A stretch of 64,000 nucleotides of DNA from Chloroflexota bacterium (GCA_003670745.1 QWQR01000002.1:1872-65871), one strand, 5' to 3'. Counted from the stretch's first letter, positions 55,298 through 64,000 are shown. The notes: a model not told the origin generated them from the letters alone. Numbers and translations: made by a program.

Positions 55298-58038
55298 CCG
55301 CGCGAGGCTGCGCCACGCACTCCGAGGAGCTCGGCCATTGCAGCGATCGCCGCAGGCGGCTCGGAGCCGTCGGCGCCGCGCCCCTGACCCATTGCCGGGC
55401 GACCGCCGCCGCGACCGCCGATCGCCACCGCACCCGCCGCAGCGATCTTTCCAGCGTCGGGACCGGCGTCGATCCCCTCGATCGAAACGAAGATCTCAAC
55501 AGCATCGCCGGGGCGCACCAGGGCGAGGATCCCTGCTCCGAGGCGCTTGCGCAGCCCCTTGGCGATCTCCTTCAACTCCTCCATGTCGTCGGCCTCGATC
55601 GTGGCGAGGATTACGGCGTGGCCATCGCTCCCCTGCACTGCAGAGGCGACGAGCGCGGCGAGGTCGATGCCGCCACCACCCTGCTTCGCCTTGCGCTTCG
55701 CCTCGCGAAGTTCTGTCTGCAGCGCGGCGATCTTCGCTGGGAGTTGGGCCGCCGACTGCACGCCGAGCGCTTCGATCCCGCCTTCAACGATGTGGGCCTG
55801 TTCGCGTAGGTACGCATCGGCGGCGACCCCCGAGAGCGCCTCGATGCGACGCAACCCAGAGCCGATGCTCCGCTCCGAGGTGATCACAAAGGAGCCGACC
55901 TGCCCGGTGGCGCGGCAGTGCGTGCCGCCGCAGAGTTCGTGGGAGTACTCCTCCATGCGAATGGTTCGCACCTTTTCGCCGTACTTCTCGTCGAAGAAGG
56001 CATCGGCACCGGCCTTAACCGCCTCGGCCATGCTCATCTCGGCGGCGACGACGGGCATATCCTCGCGGATCGCGCGGCGCACCTCGGCCTCGACCGCGTC
56101 GCGCTCTTCGCGCGTCAGCGCCCGATCAAGTGGGTAGTCGAAACGAAGATAGCCAGGGTCAACCAACGAGCCACGCTGCTTCGCGTCTGGCCCCGCCACA
56201 ATGCGGATCGCTCGATGCAAGATGTGCGTCACCGTGTGATTGCGCATCGTATCGGCACGGCGCTTCGCGTCGACGCAGAGCTCGACCTCGTCGCCAACGC
56301 TGATCGCAGCGCGCGCCTCGACGCTATGCAGCGTCATCGCACCGACCGGCCGCTGCGTATCGCTCACCGTGGCGAGGACTCCCCCCTTGCCGCCAACGGC
56401 ACAGATCTCACCAGCATCGCCGACCTGGCCGCCGCGCTCGGAGTAGAAGGGGGTGCTCGCGACGACGAGGAGGCCGCTCTCGCTAGCGTTGAGGCGCTGC
56501 AGCTCACCATCGGCGCCGATGATCGCGAGCACCTTTGAGCGCTCAACGAGCCGCTCGTAGCCGACAAAGGTTGTATCGCCAACGCGGCGAAGGATCTCCT
56601 CGTACCGTGCCGTTGCCACGGCATGATCGGCGAGCTCCGCCTTCTTTCCACCGCGGCTGCGCTGTCGCTGTTCGGCGAGCTCCGCGTCGAATCCAGCGCG
56701 GTCCACGGCAACCCCCGCCTCTGCGGCGAGCTCGACGGTGAGGTCAATGGGGAATCCGTAGGTGTCGTGCAGCTTGAAGGCGACCGCACCATCGAGTTGC
56801 GGCGCGTCATCGGGGAGCTCGTCGGCGCGCTGACCGATACCGCTGCCGCGCCCCGCGAGTGGGGCGAGCGCCTCGGCGAGTAGGGCTGAGCCACCATCGA
56901 GCGTCTTGGCGAACTGCGCCTCCTCTTTGGCGAGCGCGTCGAGGATCGCATCGCGTGCATCAACGAGGTATGGATACGCGCCGGACATGGTGCCGATCAC
57001 GGCGCTCGCAGCATCGGCGAGGAAGGGGCGTCGCACGCCAAGAAGGCGGCCGTGGCGCACCGCGCGACGAATGATGCGGCGCAACACGTAGCCGCGTCCC
57101 TCATTGCCTGGGCGCACCCCATCGGCGAGGAGGAAGGTGACGGCGCGCGCATGGTCCGCGATCACCTGATAGCTGAATCGCTTCTCTTCGAACGCCTTCT
57201 CCCCTTCGCCGGTGATCGTGCGGATCGCCGCGTGGATCGGCAGGAAGAGATCGGTGTCGTAGTTGGAGAGAACCTGCTGGCTAACGCTCGCAAGACGCTC
57301 GAGTCCCATTCCAGTATCGACGCTCTTAAAGGGGAGTTCGGTGCGACGCCCATCGGGGTGTTGCTCGTACTGCATGAAGACGAGGTTCCACACCTCAAGC
57401 CAGCGTGGGCACTGCTCGGAGTGATCAGGGGCGCACCCTTCGCCGCACGAGAGTTCCGCGCCGCGATCAAAGTGGATCTCGGAGCAGGGGCCGCACGGAC
57501 CGGTCTCGGCCATGCGCCAGAAGTTCGCGTCGTCACCACGGTCGACGTTCCCCCATCGCGCAAGACGTTCCGCGGGTAGCCCAATCTCATTGAGCCAAAT
57601 CTCCGCCGCTTCGTTGTCGTCGGTGTAGACCGTTGCGGCGAGCCGCTCGGCGGGGATCCCAACCTCCTTGGTGAGGAACTCCCACGCCCAGTTGATCGCC
57701 TCGCGCTTGAAGTAGTCGCCGAACGACCAGCTGCCGAGCATCTCAAAGAGGGTGTGGTGACGCGGGGTACGGCCGACCTCCTCGAAGTCGTTGTGCTTCC
57801 CCGCCACGCGCAGGCAGCGTTGATAGTCGACAGCGCGCCGATACGATCGCGTCTCCGCGCCACTGAAGAGCTCCTTGAACTGCACCATGCCGGAGTTCGT
57901 AAAGAGCAGGGTGGCGTCGCCTGCGGGGACGAGCGAGGCGGAGGGGACAGCAGCGTGGCCTCGAGCCTCGAAGAAGGCAACGAAGCGGGAGCGCAGCTCA
58001 TCAGCGCTCAGCGTTGGGATCCGTGGATCTCGCTTCAC
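55294..58038 (-). CDS. alaS: Alanine--tRNA ligase
   Basis: Class II core, editing domain (HxxxH...CxxxH) and C-Ala domain. Start taken at GTG ~58038, where the conserved N-terminus begins (TLSADELRSRFVAFFEARGH). The track ORF extends to ATG 58257 with an R/S/P-rich extension. Confidence 0.92.
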   Translation of the reverse strand: MKRDPRIPTLSADELRSRFVAFFEARGHAAVPSASLVPAGDATLLFTNSGMVQFKELFSGAETRSYRRAVDYQRCLRVAGKHNDFEEVGRTPRHHTLFEMLGSWSFGDYFKREAINWAWEFLTKEVGIPAERLAATVYTDDNEAAEIWLNEIGLPAERLARWGNVDRGDDANFWRMAETGPCGPCSEIHFDRGAELSCGEGCAPDHSEQCPRWLEVWNLVFMQYEQHPDGRRTELPFKSVDTGMGLERLASVSQQVLSNYDTDLFLPIHAAIRTITGEGEKAFEEKRFSYQVIADHARAVTFLLADGVRPGNEGRGYVLRRIIRRAVRHGRLLGVRRPFLADAASAVIGTMSGAYPYLVDARDAILDALAKEEAQFAKTLDGGSALLAEALAPLAGRGSGIGQRADELPDDAPQLDGAVAFKLHDTYGFPIDLTVELAAEAGVAVDRAGFDAELAEQRQRSRGGKKAELADHAVATARYEEILRRVGDTTFVGYERLVERSKVLAIIGADGELQRLNASESGLLVVASTPFYSERGGQVGDAGEICAVGGKGGVLATVSDTQRPVGAMTLHSVEARAAISVGDEVELCVDAKRRADTMRNHTVTHILHRAIRIVAGPDAKQRGSLVDPGYLRFDYPLDRALTREERDAVEAEVRRAIREDMPVVAAEMSMAEAVKAGADAFFDEKYGEKVRTIRMEEYSHELCGGTHCRATGQVGSFVITSERSIGSGLRRIEALSGVAADAYLREQAHIVEGGIEALGVQSAAQLPAKIAALQTELREAKRKAKQGGGGIDLAALVASAVQGSDGHAVILATIEADDMEELKEIAKGLRKRLGAGILALVRPGDAVEIFVSIEGIDAGPDAGKIAAAGAVAIGGRGGGRPAMGQGRGADGSEPPAAIAAMAELLGVRGAASRG

Positions 58039-58099
58039 GTGATGAGCATAGCCGAGGGGTTGCGCGCGTCGGTGATGAGGGCGGCGAGCAGGGGCGCGA

Positions 58100-58375
58100 T
58101 CAGGGGCGGCGGCCACGCTCCCAGCCTGAGGAGATGCGGGCGGCGAATCGCTCAGCGATGAGCGCCCCGACGAGGGGGGCTGGCCATGCGACCCCGCCGA
58201 TCGGGAGCAGATCGATCGGAAGTCTCTCGCCAGCGAGCGCCCCGAGCCCGGCGCCAACCGTTGCCGCGGCGAGCGCCGCCGCGAGCGGTGCCCGCGCGCG
58301 CAGCAGCCGGCCGACGATGGTTGCAGTGATGATGGCGAGCGCGAGGACGATCGGCGCCGGCTCGATCAAAACGTT
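58100..58375 (-). CDS. Hypothetical small membrane protein (possible unannotated gene)
   Basis: TTG start 8 nt after the mnmA stop, with GGTGAG 7 nt upstream. About 92 aa with 2-3 predicted TM helices. Fills an otherwise empty ~350 nt gap before alaS. Could be a GC-artefact ORF. Confidence 0.2.
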   Translation of the reverse strand, partial: NVLIEPAPIVLALAIITATIVGRLLRARAPLAAALAAATVGAGLGALAGERLPIDLLPIGGVAWPAPLVGALIAERFAARISSGWERGRRP

Positions 58376-58385
58376 CAACGGTGAC

Positions 58386-59552
58386 TCACCGCGCGGCCGC
58401 GGGTCGCGCAATGCGACCGCCTGCCACCAGTGTCTCGCCGTCGTAGAGGGCAACCGTCTGCCCTGGCGAGGCGGCCCACACTGGCGCGTCAAGGATCAGT
58501 TGCGCCGCTCCGTTGACGCCGCCGATCAGGCGCCCTGGCACCGGTTCGCCGCGATGGCGAATACGCGCCGCCGCCCGCAGCTCGCTCCCGAGCGGCAGCA
58601 GCCCTTCGGGGGTGCGCACCTCTTCGAGTGTGATCTCGCGTCGTTCGAGCGACTCGCGTCGACCGATGGTGATCCGATTCGTCGTTGGGTCGATCGCGCT
58701 CACATAGCGTGGGGTGGCGGCGACCACGCCGATCCCGCGGCGCTGGCCCACGGTGAATCCAGCACTCCCAGCATGTACGCCAACGACGCCACCCGACTCG
58801 TCGATGATCTCCCCCGCCGCGCCGCTCCAGCCGCGCTCGCGCAAGAGGGAGCGATAGTCGCCATCGGGTACGAAGCAGATCTCTTGGCTCTCGGGCTTCT
58901 CCGCCGTCACGAGGCCGCGCGAGCGCGCGATCTCCCGGACCTCCTCCTTCGTACGTTCGCCGAGGGGGAATCGGCTGCGCGCCAGCGCTTCAGCGTCGAG
59001 GCCGTGCAAGAAGTAGGTCTGGTCCTTCTCGGTATCGACTGCGGCGCGCAGTCGCCAGGCGCCGCCATCCGCGCGCATCGCCCGCCGTGCGTAATGTCCG
59101 GTGGCGACGGCGCTGCAGCCGAAGAGCGCCTCACCACGACCCATGAGCGCGCCGAACTTCACCGCGGTGTTGCAGCCGACACATGGCGACGGCGTCTCGC
59201 CAGAGAGGTACGAAGCGACGAACGGCTCGAGCACTGCATCGGCAAACTCTTGCTCGAGGTTCGAGATGTGGAACGGGATCTTGAGCGCGTCGGCAACGCG
59301 CCGCGCATCGTCGGCGGCATCGAGGGTGCAGCAGCTCTTGCGGCCACCGTCGACGCGGTCTGCCGCCGAGTGGAGGCGCATCCAGACGCCGACGACCTCG
59401 TGGCCGGCCTCAACAAGGAGCGCTGCAGCAACAGAGGAGTCGACGCCGCCAGAGAGCGCGACGAGGACGCGCTCGGGTGCGGTCGCCTCTGGGGCGGCGA
59501 CCCAGCCTTCAGGGAGACCAGCGGTGCGGCTGTTCAACGTGTTGATACTCAT
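58386..59552 (-). CDS. mnmA: tRNA-specific 2-thiouridylase MnmA
   Basis: PP-loop SGGVDSSV; catalytic Cys residues. Confidence 0.93.
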   Translation of the reverse strand: MSINTLNSRTAGLPEGWVAAPEATAPERVLVALSGGVDSSVAAALLVEAGHEVVGVWMRLHSAADRVDGGRKSCCTLDAADDARRVADALKIPFHISNLEQEFADAVLEPFVASYLSGETPSPCVGCNTAVKFGALMGRGEALFGCSAVATGHYARRAMRADGGAWRLRAAVDTEKDQTYFLHGLDAEALARSRFPLGERTKEEVREIARSRGLVTAEKPESQEICFVPDGDYRSLLRERGWSGAAGEIIDESGGVVGVHAGSAGFTVGQRRGIGVVAATPRYVSAIDPTTNRITIGRRESLERREITLEEVRTPEGLLPLGSELRAAARIRHRGEPVPGRLIGGVNGAAQLILDAPVWAASPGQTVALYDGETLVAGGRIARPAAAR

Positions 59553-60727
59553 CGTGCTGTTACCCCCGCATGCTGGCGAATGCGTTCCGCAACCGCGCGC
59601 AACGCAGCGGCTGCACGAGCCGCGTCGTCAGCGGTCGCTCCGCCACCGAACGTCAGTCGCAACCCACCGGCGGCGTGGGTTCGACTGAGGCCCATCGCAA
59701 GGAGCGCCTCTGAAGCCTCGCGCGAGCCGCTGATGCACGCAGAGCCGGTTGATGCCGCAACGCCTGCGTGATCGAGTGCCGCGACCAGGTCGTCGCCGAG
59801 CACCCAATCAGCGGCGAACGAGCGATGCCCCGGAAGGCGACCGGATTGCGCTGTACGTGGATCGGGTCCGGTCGAAATGAGGCCAATCTCCCCCGGTGCG
59901 CCGAGTGCAGCGTCAAAGGCGCGTGCGGCCGACTCGCTTGCGGCGACGGATGCGGCGTAGGAGCGCCGATGGAGTCGATGCGCGAGCGCGTACGCCGCCG
60001 CGAGCACGACCGCCTCGGTGCCGCCACGACGGCCACGCTCCTGGCCACCCCCCGGCACGAGCGCGCGGATGCGGCGCGGATCTGCGCTGATGAGCCCTGC
60101 AACGCCGAACGGGCCACCCACCTTTGCCGACGAGAGGGCGAGGTGCGTTGCCCCGGTATCGGCGAAGCGCATCTCACGCGCGCCGTCTAACTGCACGCCG
60201 TCGAGCACTGCGGCGACGCTATCGCGGTTGACCGCGGTGAGCGACGGCTGCACTGCGCCAACCTCACCCGAAGCGAGCGCAAGGAGCATCACGGGCGGCA
60301 CGCCGTCCGCTCGAGTCGCTGTGAGGAGCTCCTGAAGCGCCTCGGCGCTCCATCGCCCCGATGCGTCGAGCGGGAGCAGCGCAACCCTGCCGCCGCTCGC
60401 CTCGTGGGCGGCGGCCAGCGCGCGCGCGCCACGATGCTCCCCTGCGCTGGTGATCAGCGTTCCGCCGCTCTGCAGTTCACTCGCGAGCGCCAAGGCGAGC
60501 GCCTCTGAGGCGGTCGAGGTGAAGGTGATCGTGCGCGGCTCAACGTCGAAATCTTCGGCGAGCGAGGCGCGGGCGGCATCAAGCACCGCGCGGGCGCGAC
60601 GCGCCTCGGCGTGCCCACCATTCGGATTGCCGATCCCCTCGCGATGCAGCTCGGCGATGAGCGCCGCGGCATCAGGGTGGAGCGGCGCTCCGGCGGCGTT
60701 ATCAAGGAAGATGCGCCCCGCGCTCAC
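59549..60727 (-). CDS. Cysteine desulfurase (IscS/NifS family, class V aminotransferase)
   Basis: PLP fold; C-terminal motif ASTGSACISG with the active-site Cys. Pairing with mnmA resembles B. subtilis yrvO-mnmA. Confidence 0.85.
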   Translation of the reverse strand: MSAGRIFLDNAAGAPLHPDAAALIAELHREGIGNPNGGHAEARRARAVLDAARASLAEDFDVEPRTITFTSTASEALALALASELQSGGTLITSAGEHRGARALAAAHEASGGRVALLPLDASGRWSAEALQELLTATRADGVPPVMLLALASGEVGAVQPSLTAVNRDSVAAVLDGVQLDGAREMRFADTGATHLALSSAKVGGPFGVAGLISADPRRIRALVPGGGQERGRRGGTEAVVLAAAYALAHRLHRRSYAASVAASESAARAFDAALGAPGEIGLISTGPDPRTAQSGRLPGHRSFAADWVLGDDLVAALDHAGVAASTGSACISGSREASEALLAMGLSRTHAAGGLRLTFGGGATADDAARAAAALRAVAERIRQHAGVTAR

Positions 60728-62601
60728 GACGAACTCTTCTCCGCCTCCCGCATCTCGGCACGTCGACCGGCTTCGCGGCGCCGATCGTTCTCGTTGAGGA
60801 GTCGCTTGCGCAAACGCAGGGCGGAGGGCGTCACCTCAATGAGCTCGTCTGGCCCAATGAACTCCAGCGCATTCTCCAGTGCCATGCGGCGCGGTGGCGT
60901 GAGGCGGATCGCCTCATCGTGCGAGTGGGTGCGCATGTTCGTGAGCTTCTTCTCGCGCACCGCGTTCACATCCATGTCGCCAGGCTTTGCACTCTCGCCA
61001 ATGATCTGCCCCTCATACGTCTGCTCCCCCTCCAAGACGAAGAGTTCGCCGCGCTCCTGAATGCCGTAGAGGGCGTAGCCCGTGGTGACGCCGGTGCGAT
61101 CAGAGATGAGGCAGCCGTTCGTGCGGTGTGGGATCTCGCCGACCCAGGGCTTGTAGCCGGCGCTCAGCTGATGGATCAGCGCCGTACCGCGCGTCTCTGT
61201 AAGGATGCGACCGCGCACGCCGATCAGCCCGCGCGTTGGGATGAGGAAGTCGACGCGAGCGCGGCCGTCTGCGCCGTGCTGGATATTCTCCATGCGCGCA
61301 CGGCGCTCCGCCATGATCCCGGTGATCACGCCGACAAAGTCAACAGGAACGTCAATGGTGAGCTGCTCAAATGGCTCCTCGACGCCGTTCGGCCCCTTAT
61401 GCAGGAGCACCTCGGGGCGGGAGACTTCAAGTTCAAACCCTTCGCGTCGCATCTGCTCGACAAGGATTGCGAGCTGTAGTTCGCCGCGTCCGCGCACCTG
61501 GAAGGCTTCACCAGTGTCCGTAGGGCTCACCTCAATCGCTGGATTGCCGAGCACCTCCTTTTCGAGGCGCGCCTTGAGTTGGCGCGAGGTGAGGAACTTT
61601 CCGTCCTTGCCGCCGATTGGGCTCGTGTTCACGCCAAAGGTCATCTGTAGCGTTGGCGGATCAACGTGGAGCCGCTCAAGTGGTCGGGGATCTGCAGGAT
61701 CCGTAATCGTCTCACCGATCTCAACATCGGCGAGGCCCGCGATCCCAACGATCTCACCAGGTCCCGCCTCAGGTACCTCGGCGCGCTCGATGCCGATCGG
61801 CAGGGTGAGGCTCGTGACGACGCCTGAGATGTCGCCCTCGTCGCGCTTGATGACGATCTTGGCCCCCTTGCGCACCACGCCGTTGCGGATGCGTCCGACC
61901 GCAATACGGCCGACGAAGTCATTGGCCGCGAGGTTAGTGACGAGCACCTGGAGCGGATGGCCCGGCTCATGCATCGGCGCGGGGGCGGTGCTGAGCACCG
62001 TGTCGAGGAGCGGGACAAGGTCGCTCCCCGGCTGTGCCAGGTCGAGCGTTGCCGTACCGGCGCGTGCATTGGTGTAGACGATCGGGAAGTTGATCTGGTG
62101 CTCGTCGGCGCCAAGGTCGAGGAAGAGCTCATACACCTCGTCGATCACCTCCTTCACGCGCGCGTCGGGGCGGTCGATCTTATTGATCACCAGCACAACC
62201 GGGAGGCCGCGGGCGAGCGCCTTGGAGAGGACGTAGCGTGTTTGCGGGAGCGGGCCCTCGGAGGCGTCGACGAGGAGGAGCACCGCGTCGACGGCGAGGA
62301 GGCTTCGCTCCACCTCGCCACCGAAGTCGGCGTGGCCAGGGGTGTCGACGATGACGACGCGGATCCCCTTGAACTGGATCGCCGTCTCCTTGGCGAGGAT
62401 GGTGATCCCCTTCTCGCGCTCAAGGTCGCCGCTATCCATCACGCGCTCAATGAGCTCCTCGTTGGCACGGAAGGCGCCGTTCTGGCGCAACAGGCTGTCG
62501 ACGAGCGTCGTCTTCCCGTGGTCGACGTGCGCAACGATGCCGATCGTGCGGATGCCGTCCTGGGCGACGAGGTTCGCTGTGGGTGCGTTCGAGGCTGCCA
62601 T
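60724..62601 (-). CDS. typA: Ribosome-associated GTPase TypA/BipA
   Basis: IAHVDHGKTTL, DTPGHADF and NKIDR GTPase motifs; EF-G-like domains. Start taken at MAASNAPTAN; the track ORF extends to 62679. Confidence 0.93.
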   Translation of the reverse strand: MAASNAPTANLVAQDGIRTIGIVAHVDHGKTTLVDSLLRQNGAFRANEELIERVMDSGDLEREKGITILAKETAIQFKGIRVVIVDTPGHADFGGEVERSLLAVDAVLLLVDASEGPLPQTRYVLSKALARGLPVVLVINKIDRPDARVKEVIDEVYELFLDLGADEHQINFPIVYTNARAGTATLDLAQPGSDLVPLLDTVLSTAPAPMHEPGHPLQVLVTNLAANDFVGRIAVGRIRNGVVRKGAKIVIKRDEGDISGVVTSLTLPIGIERAEVPEAGPGEIVGIAGLADVEIGETITDPADPRPLERLHVDPPTLQMTFGVNTSPIGGKDGKFLTSRQLKARLEKEVLGNPAIEVSPTDTGEAFQVRGRGELQLAILVEQMRREGFELEVSRPEVLLHKGPNGVEEPFEQLTIDVPVDFVGVITGIMAERRARMENIQHGADGRARVDFLIPTRGLIGVRGRILTETRGTALIHQLSAGYKPWVGEIPHRTNGCLISDRTGVTTGYALYGIQERGELFVLEGEQTYEGQIIGESAKPGDMDVNAVREKKLTNMRTHSHDEAIRLTPPRRMALENALEFIGPDELIEVTPSALRLRKRLLNENDRRREAGRRAEMREAEKSSS

Positions 62602-62644
62602 CGTGGCATTGTCGCATGCCGAGCCGATGCGTAGACTTGACCCC

Positions 62645-63154
62645 ATGACCGTCGCCGCGCTGATCATCACGACTGGCACCCTTGGCGACGATCGCCCCTT
62701 GGCGCGCCTGGTGGATGCGGCCTGGTCTGGAGGGGCTCATCCGATCCTCGTCTCAGGGCTCGCCGCTGGCACCGAACCCCCAACTCCCGCACGCCGCACG
62801 ACCGCAAACGACCCCGTGGCGGCCCTCGCCGACGCCTGCGGCCAGGTGCAGGGGACGAGCGCGATCATCCTTCTCCCCTACTCGCATGCTGGGATCGACC
62901 CCGAGTCGATCACGACGTTGATCGCCGCGCATGGGCGTGCACCTGCGGCGCTCCTCACGGCGGCGCACGAAGGTCAGGCTGGGCCAGTTCGCCTCCTCCC
63001 CGACGGGGTGGCAGGCGACGGCGCATCGCAACTTGTGGAGACCGGTGACGAGGCGGCCGTCACCGCATCAAACGGTTCGGCGCGACTCAACTACGATGCG
63101 CCGCCCGCAGACCGCGACACCGTTGATCCCTGGGAGCAGCGCGGCGAAAGTTAG
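62645..63154 (+). CDS. Putative MobA-like NTP-transferase domain protein (weak call)
   Basis: Pattern VAALIITTGTLGDDRPLARLVDAAW...AIILLPYSHAGIDPESITTLIAAH loosely resembles MobA/MocA/CofC-type nucleotidyltransferases, but the G-rich NTP loop is degenerate. The start could instead be 62627. The 5' part of the track ORF is antisense to typA. Confidence 0.3.
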   Translation: MTVAALIITTGTLGDDRPLARLVDAAWSGGAHPILVSGLAAGTEPPTPARRTTANDPVAALADACGQVQGTSAIILLPYSHAGIDPESITTLIAAHGRAPAALLTAAHEGQAGPVRLLPDGVAGDGASQLVETGDEAAVTASNGSARLNYDAPPADRDTVDPWEQRGES

Positions 63155-64000
63155 GCGCCGGTCGGGCGTTTCGTAGGGCGAACGGAGAGGCCGAGCTCCT
63201 CCCACTGCTTTGGATCTGGCTCCGACGGAGCCTCCAGCATCAGGTCGCTCCCAGACTGCGTCTTCGGGAAGGCCATCACCTCGCGGATGTTTACCTGGTT
63301 TGCGAGGAGCGCAGCCCAACGCTCAACGCCGATCGCAATGCCGCCGTGTGGCGGTGCGCCGTACTCAAACGCATCGAGGAGGGCGCCGAATTTTCCACGC
63401 GCATCTTCGAGCGAATGGCCCATGAGCGCAAAGGAGCGCTCGAGCAGCGCGCGGTCGTGGATGCGCACCGAACCGCCGCCAAGCTCCCAGCCATTCAGGA
63501 CCACGTCGTACTGCTGCGCGAGTGCGGCGCCGGCTGGGTCGCCAGCCGAACGCTTACTCAGATCTCCTGACGTTGTGGCGAGCAGATCAAGATGCTCTGG
63601 AACTGGGGCACTAAACGGGTTGTGCGTTGCATCCCAGCGGCTCGACTCCGCCTCCCACTGATACATCGGGAAGCGGTGCACCCAGCAGAAGGCGAGGATC
63701 TCTGGATCCGCCATGTTCGCCTCAAGTGCAATCTCAACACGTAGACGTCCGAGCACCTCTGCCGAGAGGACACGCTCACCGGCAACGGCGAGGATGAGAT
63801 CACCCTCTGGTGCGGTGCCCTTTCCACCGCTGGCAGTCCAGATCGCCTCAACCGACTCTGGTGAGAGGAACTTTGCGATCGGTGACTTGATCTCGCCATC
63901 TGGTTGCAGCGCAATCCAGACGAGGCCGCTCGCGCCGTGACGCTTCGCGCGCTCTGTCAGGTCGTCAATCTCTGATCGCGCAACGCCTCCCTTCCCTGGG
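63151..64000 (-). CDS. aspS: Aspartate--tRNA ligase, C-terminal part (gene continues beyond the window end)
   Basis: Class II motif 3 region (GGGSVRIH; FEYGAPPHGGIAIGVERW). The frame stays open upstream of the track start through the window end, encoding ...IKSPIAKFLSPESVEAIWT... Confidence 0.85.
   Translation of the reverse strand, partial: PGKGGVARSEIDDLTERAKRHGASGLVWIALQPDGEIKSPIAKFLSPESVEAIWTASGGKGTAPEGDLILAVAGERVLSAEVLGRLRVEIALEANMADPEILAFCWVHRFPMYQWEAESSRWDATHNPFSAPVPEHLDLLATTSGDLSKRSAGDPAGAALAQQYDVVLNGWELGGGSVRIHDRALLERSFALMGHSLEDARGKFGALLDAFEYGAPPHGGIAIGVERWAALLANQVNIREVMAFPKTQSGSDLMLEAPSEPDPKQWEELGLSVRPTKRPTGA

Noticed and set aside
58039-58257. 73-aa N-terminal extension of AlaS from the upstream ATG.
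   Set aside because: The extension is low-complexity with no similarity to AlaS N-termini. The conserved N-terminus starts at the GTG near 58038.
1-64000. Searched for CRISPR repeats, IS/transposase, integrase (other than xerD), phage, toxin-antitoxin or defence-system signatures.
   Set aside because: None seen. xerD sits in its housekeeping context (scpAB, recN), not a mobile element. No long direct or inverted repeats beyond the short ones reported.

Overview
Evidence and limits. Translations were read by eye from the ORF track and the displayed sequence. No database searches were run. Coordinates I derived by hand (tRNAs, hairpins, alternative starts) may be off by a few nt.

Window content. 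This is a ~70% GC bacterial chromosomal segment densely packed with conserved housekeeping genes, mostly on the minus strand in tightly coupled operons with 1 to 4 nt stop/start overlaps. Recognisable genes, in order:
- murC-like ligase (5' partial) and an MBL-fold/Rieske fusion protein
- hflX, miaA, rny, recX, recA, tgt, ruvB, ruvA, ruvC, yebC, tyrS
- class A PBP, mutS2, cvpA, pheT, pheS, rplT, rpmI, infC, thrS
- tRNA-Val, pseudouridine kinase and glycosidase (psuK/psuG), an MFS transporter, tRNA-Arg
- glutaredoxin-like protein, ccdA, tlpA-like oxidoreductase, an MBL hydrolase, dcd, nrdR, mogA, moaC, moeA
- two small conserved-unknown proteins, tRNA-Pro, gpsA, der, ispH, plsC, cmk, rluB, scpB, scpA, a small HD-domain protein, xerD, recN, nadK, dxs, xseB, xseA, efp, pepP, mltG, ruvX, alaS, mnmA, a cysteine desulfurase, typA, a MobA-like gene, and aspS (partial)

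Gene order resembles Firmicutes/Clostridia: thrS-infC-rpmI-rplT-pheST-cvpA-mutS2; recA-recX-rny; cysteine desulfurase-mnmA; alaS-ruvX-mltG; pepP-efp; xseAB-dxs-nadK-recN; scpAB-rluB. RNase Y and MutS2 are also present, so this is probably a high-GC member of the Terrabacteria, possibly a Firmicutes-like lineage. That is inference, not proven.

Novelty. I see no mobile elements, CRISPR arrays, prophage genes or recognisable defence or toxin systems. The window is core genome, and I found no convincing undescribed system. The more unusual points:
- an MBL-fold protein with a C-terminal Rieske [2Fe-2S] domain
- an ATT start codon for infC, with a leader hairpin
- an xseA whose conserved N-terminus lies upstream of any canonical start codon and abuts the efp stop
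- a ThrS lacking the N-terminal TGS domain, 43 nt downstream of tRNA-Val
- a possible unannotated small membrane protein between mnmA and alaS
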